Positions 18,501 through 26,670 of a stretch of DNA of 64,000 nucleotides are shown here, one piece after another. Position 1 is the first letter of the stretch. The number at the start of each line of letters is the position of its first letter. Both the position numbers and the translations under genes were made by a program. Origin of the DNA: a virus (lineage: Duplodnaviria; Caudoviricetes); the IMG/VR virus record IMGVR_UViG_3300047160_014550, positions 2,765 through 66,764 of that record. The stretch is one strand, 5' to 3'. The notes beneath the pieces are model-generated. The model was not told the origin of the DNA. It searched no databases and was given only the letters and a program-made list of their open reading frames with translations.

Positions 18501-18773
18501 GTCGAAGCCGGCGGCGCCCGCAAGGAAGCCGCACGTGCCGTCCTGCGAAAGCGCATGGGCATGGGTCTCGGCATGGCCGGCGCCGCCTATGAGCAGATCG
18601 AGAATGCCAACAAACCCGATCCCGACTACACGCCGCCCCCCAGGCCGCGCCGGCAGAGACATACAGAGAACACGCCACCGCTCTCCAACGCCCGGCAGGC
18701 TCGTAACGGCCGTTGGTATGCTCCTGATCCTTCGCGGCCGGGCAAGTACAACGAGGTCACCGAGGTCGGCTGA
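15549..18773 (+). CDS. Large internal virion / ejection protein
   Basis: 1074 aa, helical, Gly-rich hydrophobic segment GMVLGALLGGGAG...; position. Confidence 0.6.
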   Translation: MAEPEQLPLTGDEFGRTPEQLPQPDPILDLRASKTPEEDFAKLAPGGSFINPKGEKRSKAYRLQKDEDIYDVPDGAYFTPPGSQEVRQKPVAEGIGAEAQTIYSMAATEDAQKQVLKKYYPNAEIRTTPKGHELLIGDNKVLRPGVGWGGAVGEGIAELAPVTGMVLGALLGGGAGTLAEPGGGSLAGGVMGAMGGAALGRQVNNQMLALAGIHQSIPEQLTADVKEAAWAGVGEIGGRAVGGVYQAGKTAFRAGTGLKGFGGNVGQNLAAGLESIGINPERARYLTGATPESATMARDITQKSGKPSGLVPPSVSMPETPMLAKMEAFHSTFMGRNTFAEAAEEYANQEGRKLAEDKAIGIELKPASETKYPLTRATEKVSTEKVGKLALERAQQQMRAADHVEEELHRQNIEEYLEAKVMPHGGREVIKANYERAVNILKTAHQAVKDAATNFVQEAMKDVKRDVDLALKALKLDENPGAAWRMAAEKMKGYTAATKQRARRMYNASRKAGGNRAIDSSSLYAYAEDFLRKLPQVVRDKYPTELEDVAALATAGAKGKPVHLNFAQLHLLRSWLRHGIDWSDLTPDMREGALRNLESKVNELLHSNKAPALAKELLDSADAWYKENIPFLNHSMVKTVIHGLEENAPPNINALAKLFFDPERTEAVRRVREIVGERTWKLVQDAHVQDLMNQSKALQEGMIDANKFASHVLELERNGLLESAYDAKTAKRLLESARNVGRLKGEIPLKAETGDTLTSLMRRAEALAAEVEKLEGANPLDIIDKELKQFDINFEKAMSALRQKRKADPLGFLFNDTMSAKAVDAANKILRSQDLIMAAKRRFGPTSSVFNALRVGFVHRWLQRPWAKLGQMRAELGGEKGMTEEVQALMFPGTTLKQMHTLVNELDYLFSRGTTGDVAASLAAGSRVMNAAGHIPLPPLGTVGKFIMATPVANTVSRFVLGKAYSLVMEAVSHGDFLAWLASEVEAGGARKEAARAVLRKRMGMGLGMAGAAYEQIENANKPDPDYTPPPRPRRQRHTENTPPLSNARQARNGRWYAPDPSRPGKYNEVTEVG

Positions 18774-18774
18774 C

Positions 18775-20250
18775 ATGGTCGTCCGGCTCACGCCCGTCGA
18801 TTTCGATCCCTTCACCGAGGGGGACGCGCAGGCGCTCGACCTTGCCGGGGCCGTCACCGGCAAGCCGACGGTGCTGGGCGCGATCGGGCAGGCCGTGGGC
18901 ACGGTTGCGGGCGAGAAGCTGCAGTCGCTCTACGACATGGCGACCTACCCGTTTCACCATCCCTACCCGCCGAGCTTCGCGGATCAGGACGACCCGCGCA
19001 CGCAGGCTGCCATCGGCAACGCGGCAAATATCGGATTGGGCTTGGAGCTGGGCGGCGCGATGCGGGCGCCGGCACCGGGGGCGGGCGTCGAGTTGGGCAC
19101 CGTCATGCCGGGGCCGTTCTTTCACGGCTCGCCGGAACGAGGTCTCAACATCCTCAAGGAATCGACGCGCGGCCCGCTGGGAGAGGGTGTCTATTCGACC
19201 CCGGCCGAGCAGATCGCCGGTCATTATGCCGGCCCCGAGGGGAAGATCTACGAGATCGACACCAAAGGCCAGGGTCGCGACATCTACCAGGGCATGGGCC
19301 ATCGCACGGATGCCGAGTATCACGCCTGGAAAGACGATAAACGCCGTCTTTTGGAAGCTGCCGAGCCGGACAAGAAGGAAGCCGTCGGCGCGCTGCTGGA
19401 TAAGATGTGGGCCAGCGACGGCTACCCGTTGTTTCACGAGCTGTCGCGGCTCTACGGCAGTCAGGACAGGGCACAGGCGCTGTTCCAGAAGGCGGGGTTC
19501 GAGGGAATTTCCGGGCAGGTCGATGGGCCGGAGGTGCTCATGTTTGGCGAGCAGCGTGTCAAACCTTCCGATGAACTCAATCCATTAAAAAGGGACAAAC
19601 ATAGTTCGCTTGCCGAGTTGCCCCATATGGCGGGCGACGTGGTTCCCATGTCGATGAGGGTCAAGGGATTCAACGACTACATGGAAGGAAAGATGGACCC
19701 TCCCGGGGATGCCGTTTCAAACGATCTTTATAAACAGGGACGTATCGACGCAGGACGCAAGAAACTTCAGGATCTCAGGATCAAACGCATCGGACCGGAT
19801 GAATCGAGTCTCGATAAAAGACAGAAATTTGCCATGCGGACCGACGTTGCTTCCGACGTCGACTGGCTCCGCAATACCGAGACGCCGGCCACGACCGATT
19901 TCAGGACCGGTCAAACAGCCTGGGACACGCGCTTCGAGGCCCGCAATCCCGCCGCAGCCGGCATGATCGACAGGGCACAGCGTCTGGAATCCCGGCAGAA
20001 GGCCGAGCAGCAACCGCCCAAGCCGGGGACAGCTCTGGAAGAAAGGATGTCGCTGGAGCAGAAGCGAGCCCTGCAGGCTGTGCTCAATGCCTGGGGCCTT
20101 GTTGCCTCGCAACGTGACCTGGGCATCGAGAAACTTCTCGGCGCCAGCGAGGCCCAGGAGATCGAGGACACGTTCTTCGCCAACGGCAAAAAGTATAAGC
20201 TCACGCCGATCGACTATGATCCCTTCGCCTACGGGAACATCAGCCCATGA
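18775..20250 (+). CDS. Putative injected protein with ADP-ribosyltransferase-like (ART-PolyVal-type) domain
   Basis: ATG 18775 after upstream stop; FFHGS...GEGVYSTP...AGHYAG..G.IYE...E.LMF pattern; LTP(V/I)D(F/Y)DPF at both termini. Confidence 0.6.
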   Translation: MVVRLTPVDFDPFTEGDAQALDLAGAVTGKPTVLGAIGQAVGTVAGEKLQSLYDMATYPFHHPYPPSFADQDDPRTQAAIGNAANIGLGLELGGAMRAPAPGAGVELGTVMPGPFFHGSPERGLNILKESTRGPLGEGVYSTPAEQIAGHYAGPEGKIYEIDTKGQGRDIYQGMGHRTDAEYHAWKDDKRRLLEAAEPDKKEAVGALLDKMWASDGYPLFHELSRLYGSQDRAQALFQKAGFEGISGQVDGPEVLMFGEQRVKPSDELNPLKRDKHSSLAELPHMAGDVVPMSMRVKGFNDYMEGKMDPPGDAVSNDLYKQGRIDAGRKKLQDLRIKRIGPDESSLDKRQKFAMRTDVASDVDWLRNTETPATTDFRTGQTAWDTRFEARNPAAAGMIDRAQRLESRQKAEQQPPKPGTALEERMSLEQKRALQAVLNAWGLVASQRDLGIEKLLGASEAQEIEDTFFANGKKYKLTPIDYDPFAYGNISP

Positions 20251-20534
20251 AAGACCAATTCATCGCCGTGCTTGACGAGCTGGCGCTCAAAGTCGCCAAC
20301 GAGGGCGCAAAAGAGACCCAGGATACCCACGAGCGCATCGACGCGCTCAAGGCGCTCACGGCCTATTATGTAGCCCGAACAAAGGCTTCCAAGGGAGTTG
20401 ACGAGTCAATTCCCGATCGCGTGTCGGCCAATTTCCTGGCCTCGCTCGGAGTGACCGATGGCCCAACCGTTCCAGCTCCTGCAGACCGAAGACGACGCCG
20501 CTCCAACGCCCCCAACGGCGACGAAGCAGCCTGA
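20247..20534 (+). CDS. Hypothetical protein
   Basis: ATGA overlap; helical N-terminal part. Confidence 0.55.
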   Translation: MKDQFIAVLDELALKVANEGAKETQDTHERIDALKALTAYYVARTKASKGVDESIPDRVSANFLASLGVTDGPTVPAPADRRRRRSNAPNGDEAA

Positions 20535-20745
20535 TCCGGCCCTGTCGCTGCTTGCGCTTTCCTTGCGGGCATTGTCCCAACGTGCGCTTGCGGCGCTCAG
20601 CAGTCTTTTCACGCTCGTGACCGTTGCGAGTGCGTGGTGGCTGTGGAAGTCCATGCCGGAGCCGACCGTCCTGCAGGTCGTCTCGCTGTCGATCTACGCC
20701 GTCTTCATCCTGGCCATCAACTGGATCGCGCGCCGTGCCCGCTGA
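20458..20745 (+). CDS. Two-TM membrane protein, holin candidate
   Basis: Two hydrophobic segments and basic C-terminus WIARRAR. Confidence 0.5.
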   Translation: MAQPFQLLQTEDDAAPTPPTATKQPDPALSLLALSLRALSQRALAALSSLFTLVTVASAWWLWKSMPEPTVLQVVSLSIYAVFILAINWIARRAR

Positions 20746-20908
20746 ACGCTTCACCCGCAGGGCCAACACGCCCAAGAAACGCAGACAATGGGATCACGTG
20801 TACCAGTCTGCGCTTGACCGGGGCGCGTCGAAGGGCTCGGCCATCGCGCAAGCGTCAGGCGTGATCCGAAAGTCTTCCCGGTCGAAACGGAGATCCCGAC
20901 GGTCATGA
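20735..20908 (+). CDS. Small basic protein, ChaB-like core with Arg/Ser-rich tail
   Basis: GTG 20735; KRRQWDHVYQSALDRG..KGSAIAQASGVI then RKSSRSKRRSRRS; stop overlaps next ATG. Confidence 0.45.
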   Translation: MPAERFTRRANTPKKRRQWDHVYQSALDRGASKGSAIAQASGVIRKSSRSKRRSRRS

Positions 20909-23394
20909 TCGCTCGGTTCCTCGTCTTCATCCTGTCTTTTTTCCTGTTCGCCCAGGAGACCTACGCCCAGGCGCCGGTCATCCAGTCTGGCTCGGTCACG
21001 CAGGGCCACCTGCCCTGGTGGGTCACCGACGGGGTCATCGGCGACGCCGGGACCGCGAACAACAACACGGTGACGAGCCTGGGGGCGACCGGGCAGGGAC
21101 CGATCATCTGCGCCAACTCGGCGGCGATCAGCGTACCCCGGAATCAGGTTTGCATCGGCTCGGACTCGAACAGCGGCTACATCTACTTCAACACGCCCAA
21201 CAACCCGCCTTCGCTTCTTGTGAGCATCAACGGCTCGCCGACGCCGTTCCTCGTGCAGCAGGGGTCGATCACGCCCGGCGACGCGACCTGCTGGGTCTCG
21301 ACCGGCATCATCAAGGACTGCGGCCCCTCGACGGGCGTCATCCAGCAGGGCGTGGTGACGGCCAACGACTTCACCTGCTGGGCCGGCAACGGCATCATCA
21401 AGGATTGCGGCACGCAGTCATTCGTGACGCAGACGGGCGCCGTAACAGCGACGCATGCCGCGTGCTGGTCGAGCAACGGCATCATCGACGACTGTGGGGC
21501 GCCTCCGGCTTTTGTGAGCGGCACGCCAGGAACAGGCGATCCAGCTTGCTGGGCCAACGCGACGACCTTGCAGGACTGCGGTGTCACCGCTTTCGTCTCC
21601 ATGTCGCCGCAGACGTTCACAGCCGGTCATCCGGCCTGCTGGGTCAGCGTCAATGTCATTCAGGATTGTGGCAGTATATTTCTTACCGCGAATGGAACGC
21701 AGACGGCAGGTCGTCCTACTTGCTGGATTGGAAGTTTAGTTTTTCAACTTCAAACGTGCAGCTCGATCTTTCTCGTTTCGTCGGGATCGTTCACGGCCGG
21801 CGACGTCGCCTGCTGGACGTCGACGGCCGGCACGACGCTGCGTGATTGCGGCCTGACGATTATCGCGGGAAGCGGGACGATCACCAGCGGAAATATGGCC
21901 TGCTGGAACGGCGGCGGCACCATTCCCAATACCGGAGTTTTCTTTATTCAGGATTGTGGCTCTGCTCCTGGCCGGACCAATGCGACGATAGGCAACATCA
22001 ACGGCACCTACACGATAGCGACAACCGATTGCGGCAAGAGCTTTCAGGCGTTCAACGGGTATTATAATATTTTATTCAATCCCGGCTCCACTTACCCACC
22101 GGGTTGCATCATAACCATCACCAACGTGGAACCTCTCGGCGGCAGCGGCAAAAGAATAATTGTCTCTACCGATATGACCAATGCCGGTTTTGGGTTCAAC
22201 GGCTGCGGTACAGGCGGGCTGTGCCCAGGGCAGACGGTTCAATACCAGAATCTCGGCCCCTGGCGATTGACGCAAAATCCTGGCCCATGGCGCCCGCAGC
22301 AAGCAGTAAGTTGGCACGCCAGTCCGGGTGCCAGCAACTTTAATGACTGCCTGTCAGCTTCGACGCCCTGCGATCTGGCTTTTCTGTGCAGCGAACGGAT
22401 GGCGCTCGATACCGGTGCCATGCCCACGCCTGCGCTTTTCATCTATATGGCTAGCGGCCTTTATTCAAGCGTGGCTGGCGGTTATGCCTGTTTCATCAGT
22501 GGCAATCAGGGCAGCTCTGCCCCGTTGCTGACGCAGCTTTTTCCTGAACCCGGTGCTAATGTTACAATACAAGCTGCCGGTAGCGGCATTGGTATTTACG
22601 CCAAAGATGGTGGCGAAGTCGATGTTAATGGCACTAACAGCGGAGGTTCCGTTAGTTTTTATGGCGATAACAGTTCTATCGGCATAGCGGCTGCACAGTT
22701 CGCCATCGTGGATATTTTTGCAGGACTCATTTTTGGAAACCAGAGCAATACGGGCACGACGACGGGAATCAGCATACAAGCCACGCAGATGGCATCCATC
22801 AATCTAGGAGTGGAACAGACTGCCGGGCAGTCTATGACAATAAACACCACGGGAAATTGCCCCAATCAAGGTTCATTCATTGCTACGGACAGTGGAGCCT
22901 GGGTGACGGAGTCATCGGCTACCGCCGGGCACTTGATTATACTCGTGCAATGCGCTGCAAACTATAATACAGGATTTTATAACGTCCAAGGCGGTAATTT
23001 GAATAACCTCAATGGCATTCAATACGGCGGCACTTCGCTTGGTTCGGTAACATCTCCCCGAATAGCCTATTACGGCGGAACTACTGGAACATCGGGCACT
23101 GGCCATGGAGGCTGCGTCTATATATCTCCCCCGACAGGTGGCATAACTCTGGACACCTTGGGCACTCCCGGCATTGCGGTTGCCCTGCCGGTCGGCGCCT
23201 GCGTGGACTTCAGCGTGCAGACATCGGTTGCGCTCCTGCCGGGCTGCAGTGCCGACAGTGCTGGGCGACAGTTTTTCGTAACTAACAACAATTCCAACGT
23301 GTGGGGAACCAACGTAGCCATCGGTCCTCCCAATAATCTCGTGCTTGTCGGATGCGATGGCGCTAATGGTGCTTTCACGGTCATTGGTAAATAA
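20905..23394 (+). CDS. Secreted-type fibre/adhesin-like protein with Cys-pair tandem repeats
   Basis: MIARFLVFILSFFLFAQETYA-Q; about 8 repeats G.xxCW...(K/Q/D)DCG; ends TVIGK. Confidence 0.7.
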   Translation: MIARFLVFILSFFLFAQETYAQAPVIQSGSVTQGHLPWWVTDGVIGDAGTANNNTVTSLGATGQGPIICANSAAISVPRNQVCIGSDSNSGYIYFNTPNNPPSLLVSINGSPTPFLVQQGSITPGDATCWVSTGIIKDCGPSTGVIQQGVVTANDFTCWAGNGIIKDCGTQSFVTQTGAVTATHAACWSSNGIIDDCGAPPAFVSGTPGTGDPACWANATTLQDCGVTAFVSMSPQTFTAGHPACWVSVNVIQDCGSIFLTANGTQTAGRPTCWIGSLVFQLQTCSSIFLVSSGSFTAGDVACWTSTAGTTLRDCGLTIIAGSGTITSGNMACWNGGGTIPNTGVFFIQDCGSAPGRTNATIGNINGTYTIATTDCGKSFQAFNGYYNILFNPGSTYPPGCIITITNVEPLGGSGKRIIVSTDMTNAGFGFNGCGTGGLCPGQTVQYQNLGPWRLTQNPGPWRPQQAVSWHASPGASNFNDCLSASTPCDLAFLCSERMALDTGAMPTPALFIYMASGLYSSVAGGYACFISGNQGSSAPLLTQLFPEPGANVTIQAAGSGIGIYAKDGGEVDVNGTNSGGSVSFYGDNSSIGIAAAQFAIVDIFAGLIFGNQSNTGTTTGISIQATQMASINLGVEQTAGQSMTINTTGNCPNQGSFIATDSGAWVTESSATAGHLIILVQCAANYNTGFYNVQGGNLNNLNGIQYGGTSLGSVTSPRIAYYGGTTGTSGTGHGGCVYISPPTGGITLDTLGTPGIAVALPVGACVDFSVQTSVALLPGCSADSAGRQFFVTNNNSNVWGTNVAIGPPNNLVLVGCDGANGAFTVIGK

Positions 23395-23395
23395 C

Positions 23396-23719
23396 ATGGA
23401 CACCTTCACGATCGTCATTCTCGTTTGCGACATGTTGAATTATGGCACCTGCGATTATCACACTGCCGATCGCGTCTACCGACTGCCGGGTTCAACCCCT
23501 ATCGTACACATGCAGCACATGTCGGGAGCCGACAAGGACGGCAATCACTACGAAAAAGACGTCGGCATTTCCAACGCCCTGGAATGCCACAATGCGGCAT
23601 CCGCCGCAGCCAGACACTACGCCTCGAAAGTTGACAAGCTTTCCCAGATGATCAAGTGGCAATGCCTGCCTACCCAGGAGCTGGATGATGCAGGCATCAA
23701 GGAAGTAGAGGAAAAATGA
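23396..23719 (+). CDS. Hypothetical Cys-containing protein
   Basis: ATG 2 nt after upstream stop; MDTFTIVILVC. Confidence 0.55.
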   Translation: MDTFTIVILVCDMLNYGTCDYHTADRVYRLPGSTPIVHMQHMSGADKDGNHYEKDVGISNALECHNAASAAARHYASKVDKLSQMIKWQCLPTQELDDAGIKEVEEK

Positions 23720-23973
23720 CCCGTCTTCTATTCACCGTCAGCCTTCTTAGCCTTCTCCCGACGCTCGCCTACGGCGACCCAGGAGCGCCCACCCCGGCCC
23801 AGGCCCAGCCGACCCTTCAGTCCAAGCTGGAGCAGATCATCGGTTCGCTCATCGTCAACATGAACTCCATGTCTCTCAACCTCGACCAGTGCAAGGCCGA
23901 AGCCGAGGCGCTGCGTACGAAGTACGAGCCACCCAAGCACGAGCCGCCTAAGCTGCCGGAACCGCCAAAATGA
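23716..23973 (+). CDS. Small secreted coiled-coil protein (possible spanin-like)
   Basis: Signal-like N-terminus, short coiled coil, EPPK repeats. Confidence 0.5.
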   Translation: MTRLLFTVSLLSLLPTLAYGDPGAPTPAQAQPTLQSKLEQIIGSLIVNMNSMSLNLDQCKAEAEALRTKYEPPKHEPPKLPEPPK

Positions 23974-24191
23974 AGCTCCTGACGTCGGTGCTGATCATCA
24001 CCCTGACCGGCCCCGACAGCCAGCCGATCACGCTTAACGTCGACCAGATCGTCAGCGTCCGGCCGCCGCGAAGCAAGGATCACTTCGCGCCCGGCACCCA
24101 GTGCCTCGTCAGCACGGCCGACGGCAAGATGTCGACCGTGACCGAGACCTGCGCCGAGGTGGAGCGCAGGATGGAGGAAGGTGACGAATGA
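23970..24191 (+). CDS. Small protein resembling the FlbD/SwrD-like family
   Basis: ITLT...ITLNVDQIVSV...LVSTADGK...V.ET.AEV pattern. Confidence 0.45.
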   Translation: MKLLTSVLIITLTGPDSQPITLNVDQIVSVRPPRSKDHFAPGTQCLVSTADGKMSTVTETCAEVERRMEEGDE

Positions 24192-24964
24192 CCGACGTCA
24201 AGCCGATGGTGGTTGACCTCTCCCACTGGGACCCGGCCTACGACTACGACGCTGTCCTCGAAGCCGGCATCGTCGCCTGCATCTACAAGGCGACCGAGGG
24301 CGACGGTTACACCGACCCGACCTACGTCGAGCAGCAGGCCCAGGCCAAAGAGGCCGGTCTTTTATGGGGGGCCTACCACTTCGCCAACGCCGAGCCGGTC
24401 ATGGCCCAGGTGGATAATTTTCTCCGCTACGCGGCGCCCGACCCCGACGAGCTGATCTGCCTCGACTGGGAGGACTACGGGTCGAACACCATGTCGCTCG
24501 ACGACGTGCAGGCGTGGATTCTGGCAGTCGAGGACGCCCTGCGCCGGCCCGGCGACGTCGTGCTCTATTCCGGCAACACGGCCAAGGAGGCGCTGGGGGA
24601 CGAGGTCAACGAGTTCCTGGGCAAGCGTCGGCTGTGGCTGTGCCAGTACGGGTCGAGCCCGGTCGTCCAGAAGAGCTGGGACAGCTACTGGTTGTGGCAA
24701 TACACCGACGGCAACTATGGCCCAGAGCCGCACGAGATCCCCGGCGTCGGCCCCTGCGACATCAACAGTTTTCCCGGCACAGTCGAAGAGCTGACTTCAA
24801 CCTGGGCGTCGGGCACGCCGATTCCTGCTCCGCGACCGCCGCTGCAACCATCGGTGAGCATCATTGTCGCCGCCTCGCCGGGTGTACTGGTCAAGGTCCG
24901 GCAGACGGCTCTGATCCAGCGGCTGGACAGGAGGGTCCGCCGAGACACTAAGGAGGCCCGCTGA
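24188..24964 (+). CDS. Endolysin, glycoside hydrolase family 25 muramidase
   Basis: VDLSHW, IYKATEG, GAYHF, LDWE, LWLCQY, WQYTD motifs. Confidence 0.9.
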   Translation: MTDVKPMVVDLSHWDPAYDYDAVLEAGIVACIYKATEGDGYTDPTYVEQQAQAKEAGLLWGAYHFANAEPVMAQVDNFLRYAAPDPDELICLDWEDYGSNTMSLDDVQAWILAVEDALRRPGDVVLYSGNTAKEALGDEVNEFLGKRRLWLCQYGSSPVVQKSWDSYWLWQYTDGNYGPEPHEIPGVGPCDINSFPGTVEELTSTWASGTPIPAPRPPLQPSVSIIVAASPGVLVKVRQTALIQRLDRRVRRDTKEAR

Positions 24965-24968
24965 CGGG

Positions 24969-25625
24969 TCAAGGCATCAAGCTGAGCTGAAGCCTGCGCC
25001 GCCAGTAGAGAAGGCCGAGTCCAATTGCCATGGCAATCCCTGGCAGTCCCGAGGCGACCGTTGGTCCCGGCGCACCCACGGTCGGGAGGGCAGCGACGTC
25101 GATCCTGTAATGTTCATAATCACTTATCACGCCCCCGGCGTCGACCAGCACCATCGTGGCCATGACCTCGCCGTTGATCGTCTTGAACGTGAACCCTGAC
25201 TGGGCGTTCGGGCTGATCGGACCCAGGTCGAAGCTCTGGTCGGCCTCGACGGTGCCATTTGCCGCGATGGCGAACATGTGTGCCGTCACGTCCCCGGTGC
25301 CCTTCAGGCTGAACACCTGATCGGTCGTCCCGGTGGCGGTGCCGTCGGCATTGAATACCTGCACCGACATATTGCTAGTGTCGGTGATCTTTATGTCATT
25401 CCCATTCGCGGCTCCGGTGAAGCCCGGATTGCCGCTGAGATCGGTGAAGTCGACGAAGCCGGTGTGCTGCCCGTTGAAGGTGCCCTTCACGAGGCTACCG
25501 GTCACCGAGTCAAAAACGACGTTGTCGCCCGTACCCGACAGCGAGTCGGTTAGAATGACGTCGGCTCGCGCAAGCCCCGGCAGAAGCAATGTAAATCCCG
25601 CCGCCGCCCATAAAAAACGCTTCAT
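24969..25625 (-). CDS. Signal-peptide protein with PEP-CTERM-like (PGP) C-terminal sorting signal
   Basis: MKRFLWAAAGFTLLLPGLARA-D; C-terminus GAPGPTVASGLPGIAMAIGLGLLYWRRR; GAGGGAG RBS. Confidence 0.75.
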   Translation of the reverse strand: MKRFLWAAAGFTLLLPGLARADVILTDSLSGTGDNVVFDSVTGSLVKGTFNGQHTGFVDFTDLSGNPGFTGAANGNDIKITDTSNMSVQVFNADGTATGTTDQVFSLKGTGDVTAHMFAIAANGTVEADQSFDLGPISPNAQSGFTFKTINGEVMATMVLVDAGGVISDYEHYRIDVAALPTVGAPGPTVASGLPGIAMAIGLGLLYWRRRLQLSLMP

Positions 25626-25673
25626 CGCCTTGGTCTCCCTCTTTGTGGATCTCGTACTCTAACAGCGAATCAA

Positions 25674-25700
25674 AACGGCGGCAGAACTTCTGCCGCCGTT
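25674..25700 (-). terminator. Rho-independent terminator of the leftward replication operon
   Basis: 11-bp stem aacggcggcag-aactt-ctgccgccgtt; on the minus strand the 3' arm runs into TTTTG. Confidence 0.7.
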
Positions 25701-25717
25701 CGTTAATTTGTTAATCA

Positions 25718-26659
25718 TCACTTCGGCGGAAACACGCTGTCCAGCGCCGACTGCAGCTCCTCGTTGGGCGGCACCGCACTCGTCACCCCGGAAAACGGCG
25801 ACGGCTTCGCGGCTGCCTGCGCGGCATTGTCCCGGTCGATCTCTTCCCTGGTTCGACGTCGTCGCCGGGGCTGGTCGCCGTTTGATCCCGTTGGGCCGTT
25901 CTGGGGAGCGGCCTGGGCCGGAGCGGCCTGGGCCGGGGGCGCAATAAAAGACGGAGCCTGGGCAGGAAGCGCCGGGCGCGACTCGCCCACCGGGCGATCC
26001 AGCCGCCCGCAGACATCGTCGGTCGCGTTGCCTGCCAGGGCCTTGCGCGTCGCATCGTAGATTTCCTGCGGGATAAAAGCTGCCGCGTCGAACTGCAGCA
26101 CGCCGCTCTTGCCCGGCTCGAACGATACCTTGGTGACCACCACGTCGAACGAGTACGGGTGACCGACAAACCTTTGCCGAAACTTATCCCAATTCTTGAA
26201 CGAGCCCGGCGTCAAGACCAGCCGAAAGAACATGTCCGGCTTGTCCACTGGCATGACGCAGAGATATTTTTCATCACGGCAGGCTTTGATCGGCGTTCCG
26301 GTAAGTGCCGACTCGGCGGACCCTCTGACGTTGAACTGGCAGGCGTCACAGGTATCAGCCTGCGGCTCCATGGCGTCCATCGACGGGCCAACACCGTTCG
26401 AGGACCAGCACAGCGGCGGGTCGGCAGACCCTTGAGTCCACCCCTTGGGGTAGTACCGCTTGCACGTGACCGGGCTCACGTCGAAAATGCAGCATTGAAG
26501 TTCTCCCGGCAGCATCTGCTTAGCGCCCGCCGAGTCGACGAGGGTGAAACGCCCGCCCAGGATGCTCACGTGAGGCGGCTGGATCGAGGTTCCGGCCTTG
26601 GCCTGATCCGTCAGGCCACGGTCTTTGTAGTCTTTCAAGTAGTCGGGGATTTGAGCCAT
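25718..26659 (-). CDS. Putative ssDNA-binding / recombination protein
   Basis: AAGGAG RBS before ATG 26659; Cys motifs PLCWS, CDACQFN, KACR; Pro/Ala-rich linker and acidic C-terminal tail; location in replication operon. Confidence 0.6.
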   Translation of the reverse strand: MAQIPDYLKDYKDRGLTDQAKAGTSIQPPHVSILGGRFTLVDSAGAKQMLPGELQCCIFDVSPVTCKRYYPKGWTQGSADPPLCWSSNGVGPSMDAMEPQADTCDACQFNVRGSAESALTGTPIKACRDEKYLCVMPVDKPDMFFRLVLTPGSFKNWDKFRQRFVGHPYSFDVVVTKVSFEPGKSGVLQFDAAAFIPQEIYDATRKALAGNATDDVCGRLDRPVGESRPALPAQAPSFIAPPAQAAPAQAAPQNGPTGSNGDQPRRRRRTREEIDRDNAAQAAAKPSPFSGVTSAVPPNEELQSALDSVFPPK

Positions 26660-26670
26660 CAAATTCTCCT

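Noticed and set aside
18337-18774. Extension of the 637-aa ORF
   Set aside because: It overlaps the end of the 1074-aa gene in another frame; the start at 18775 fits the operon
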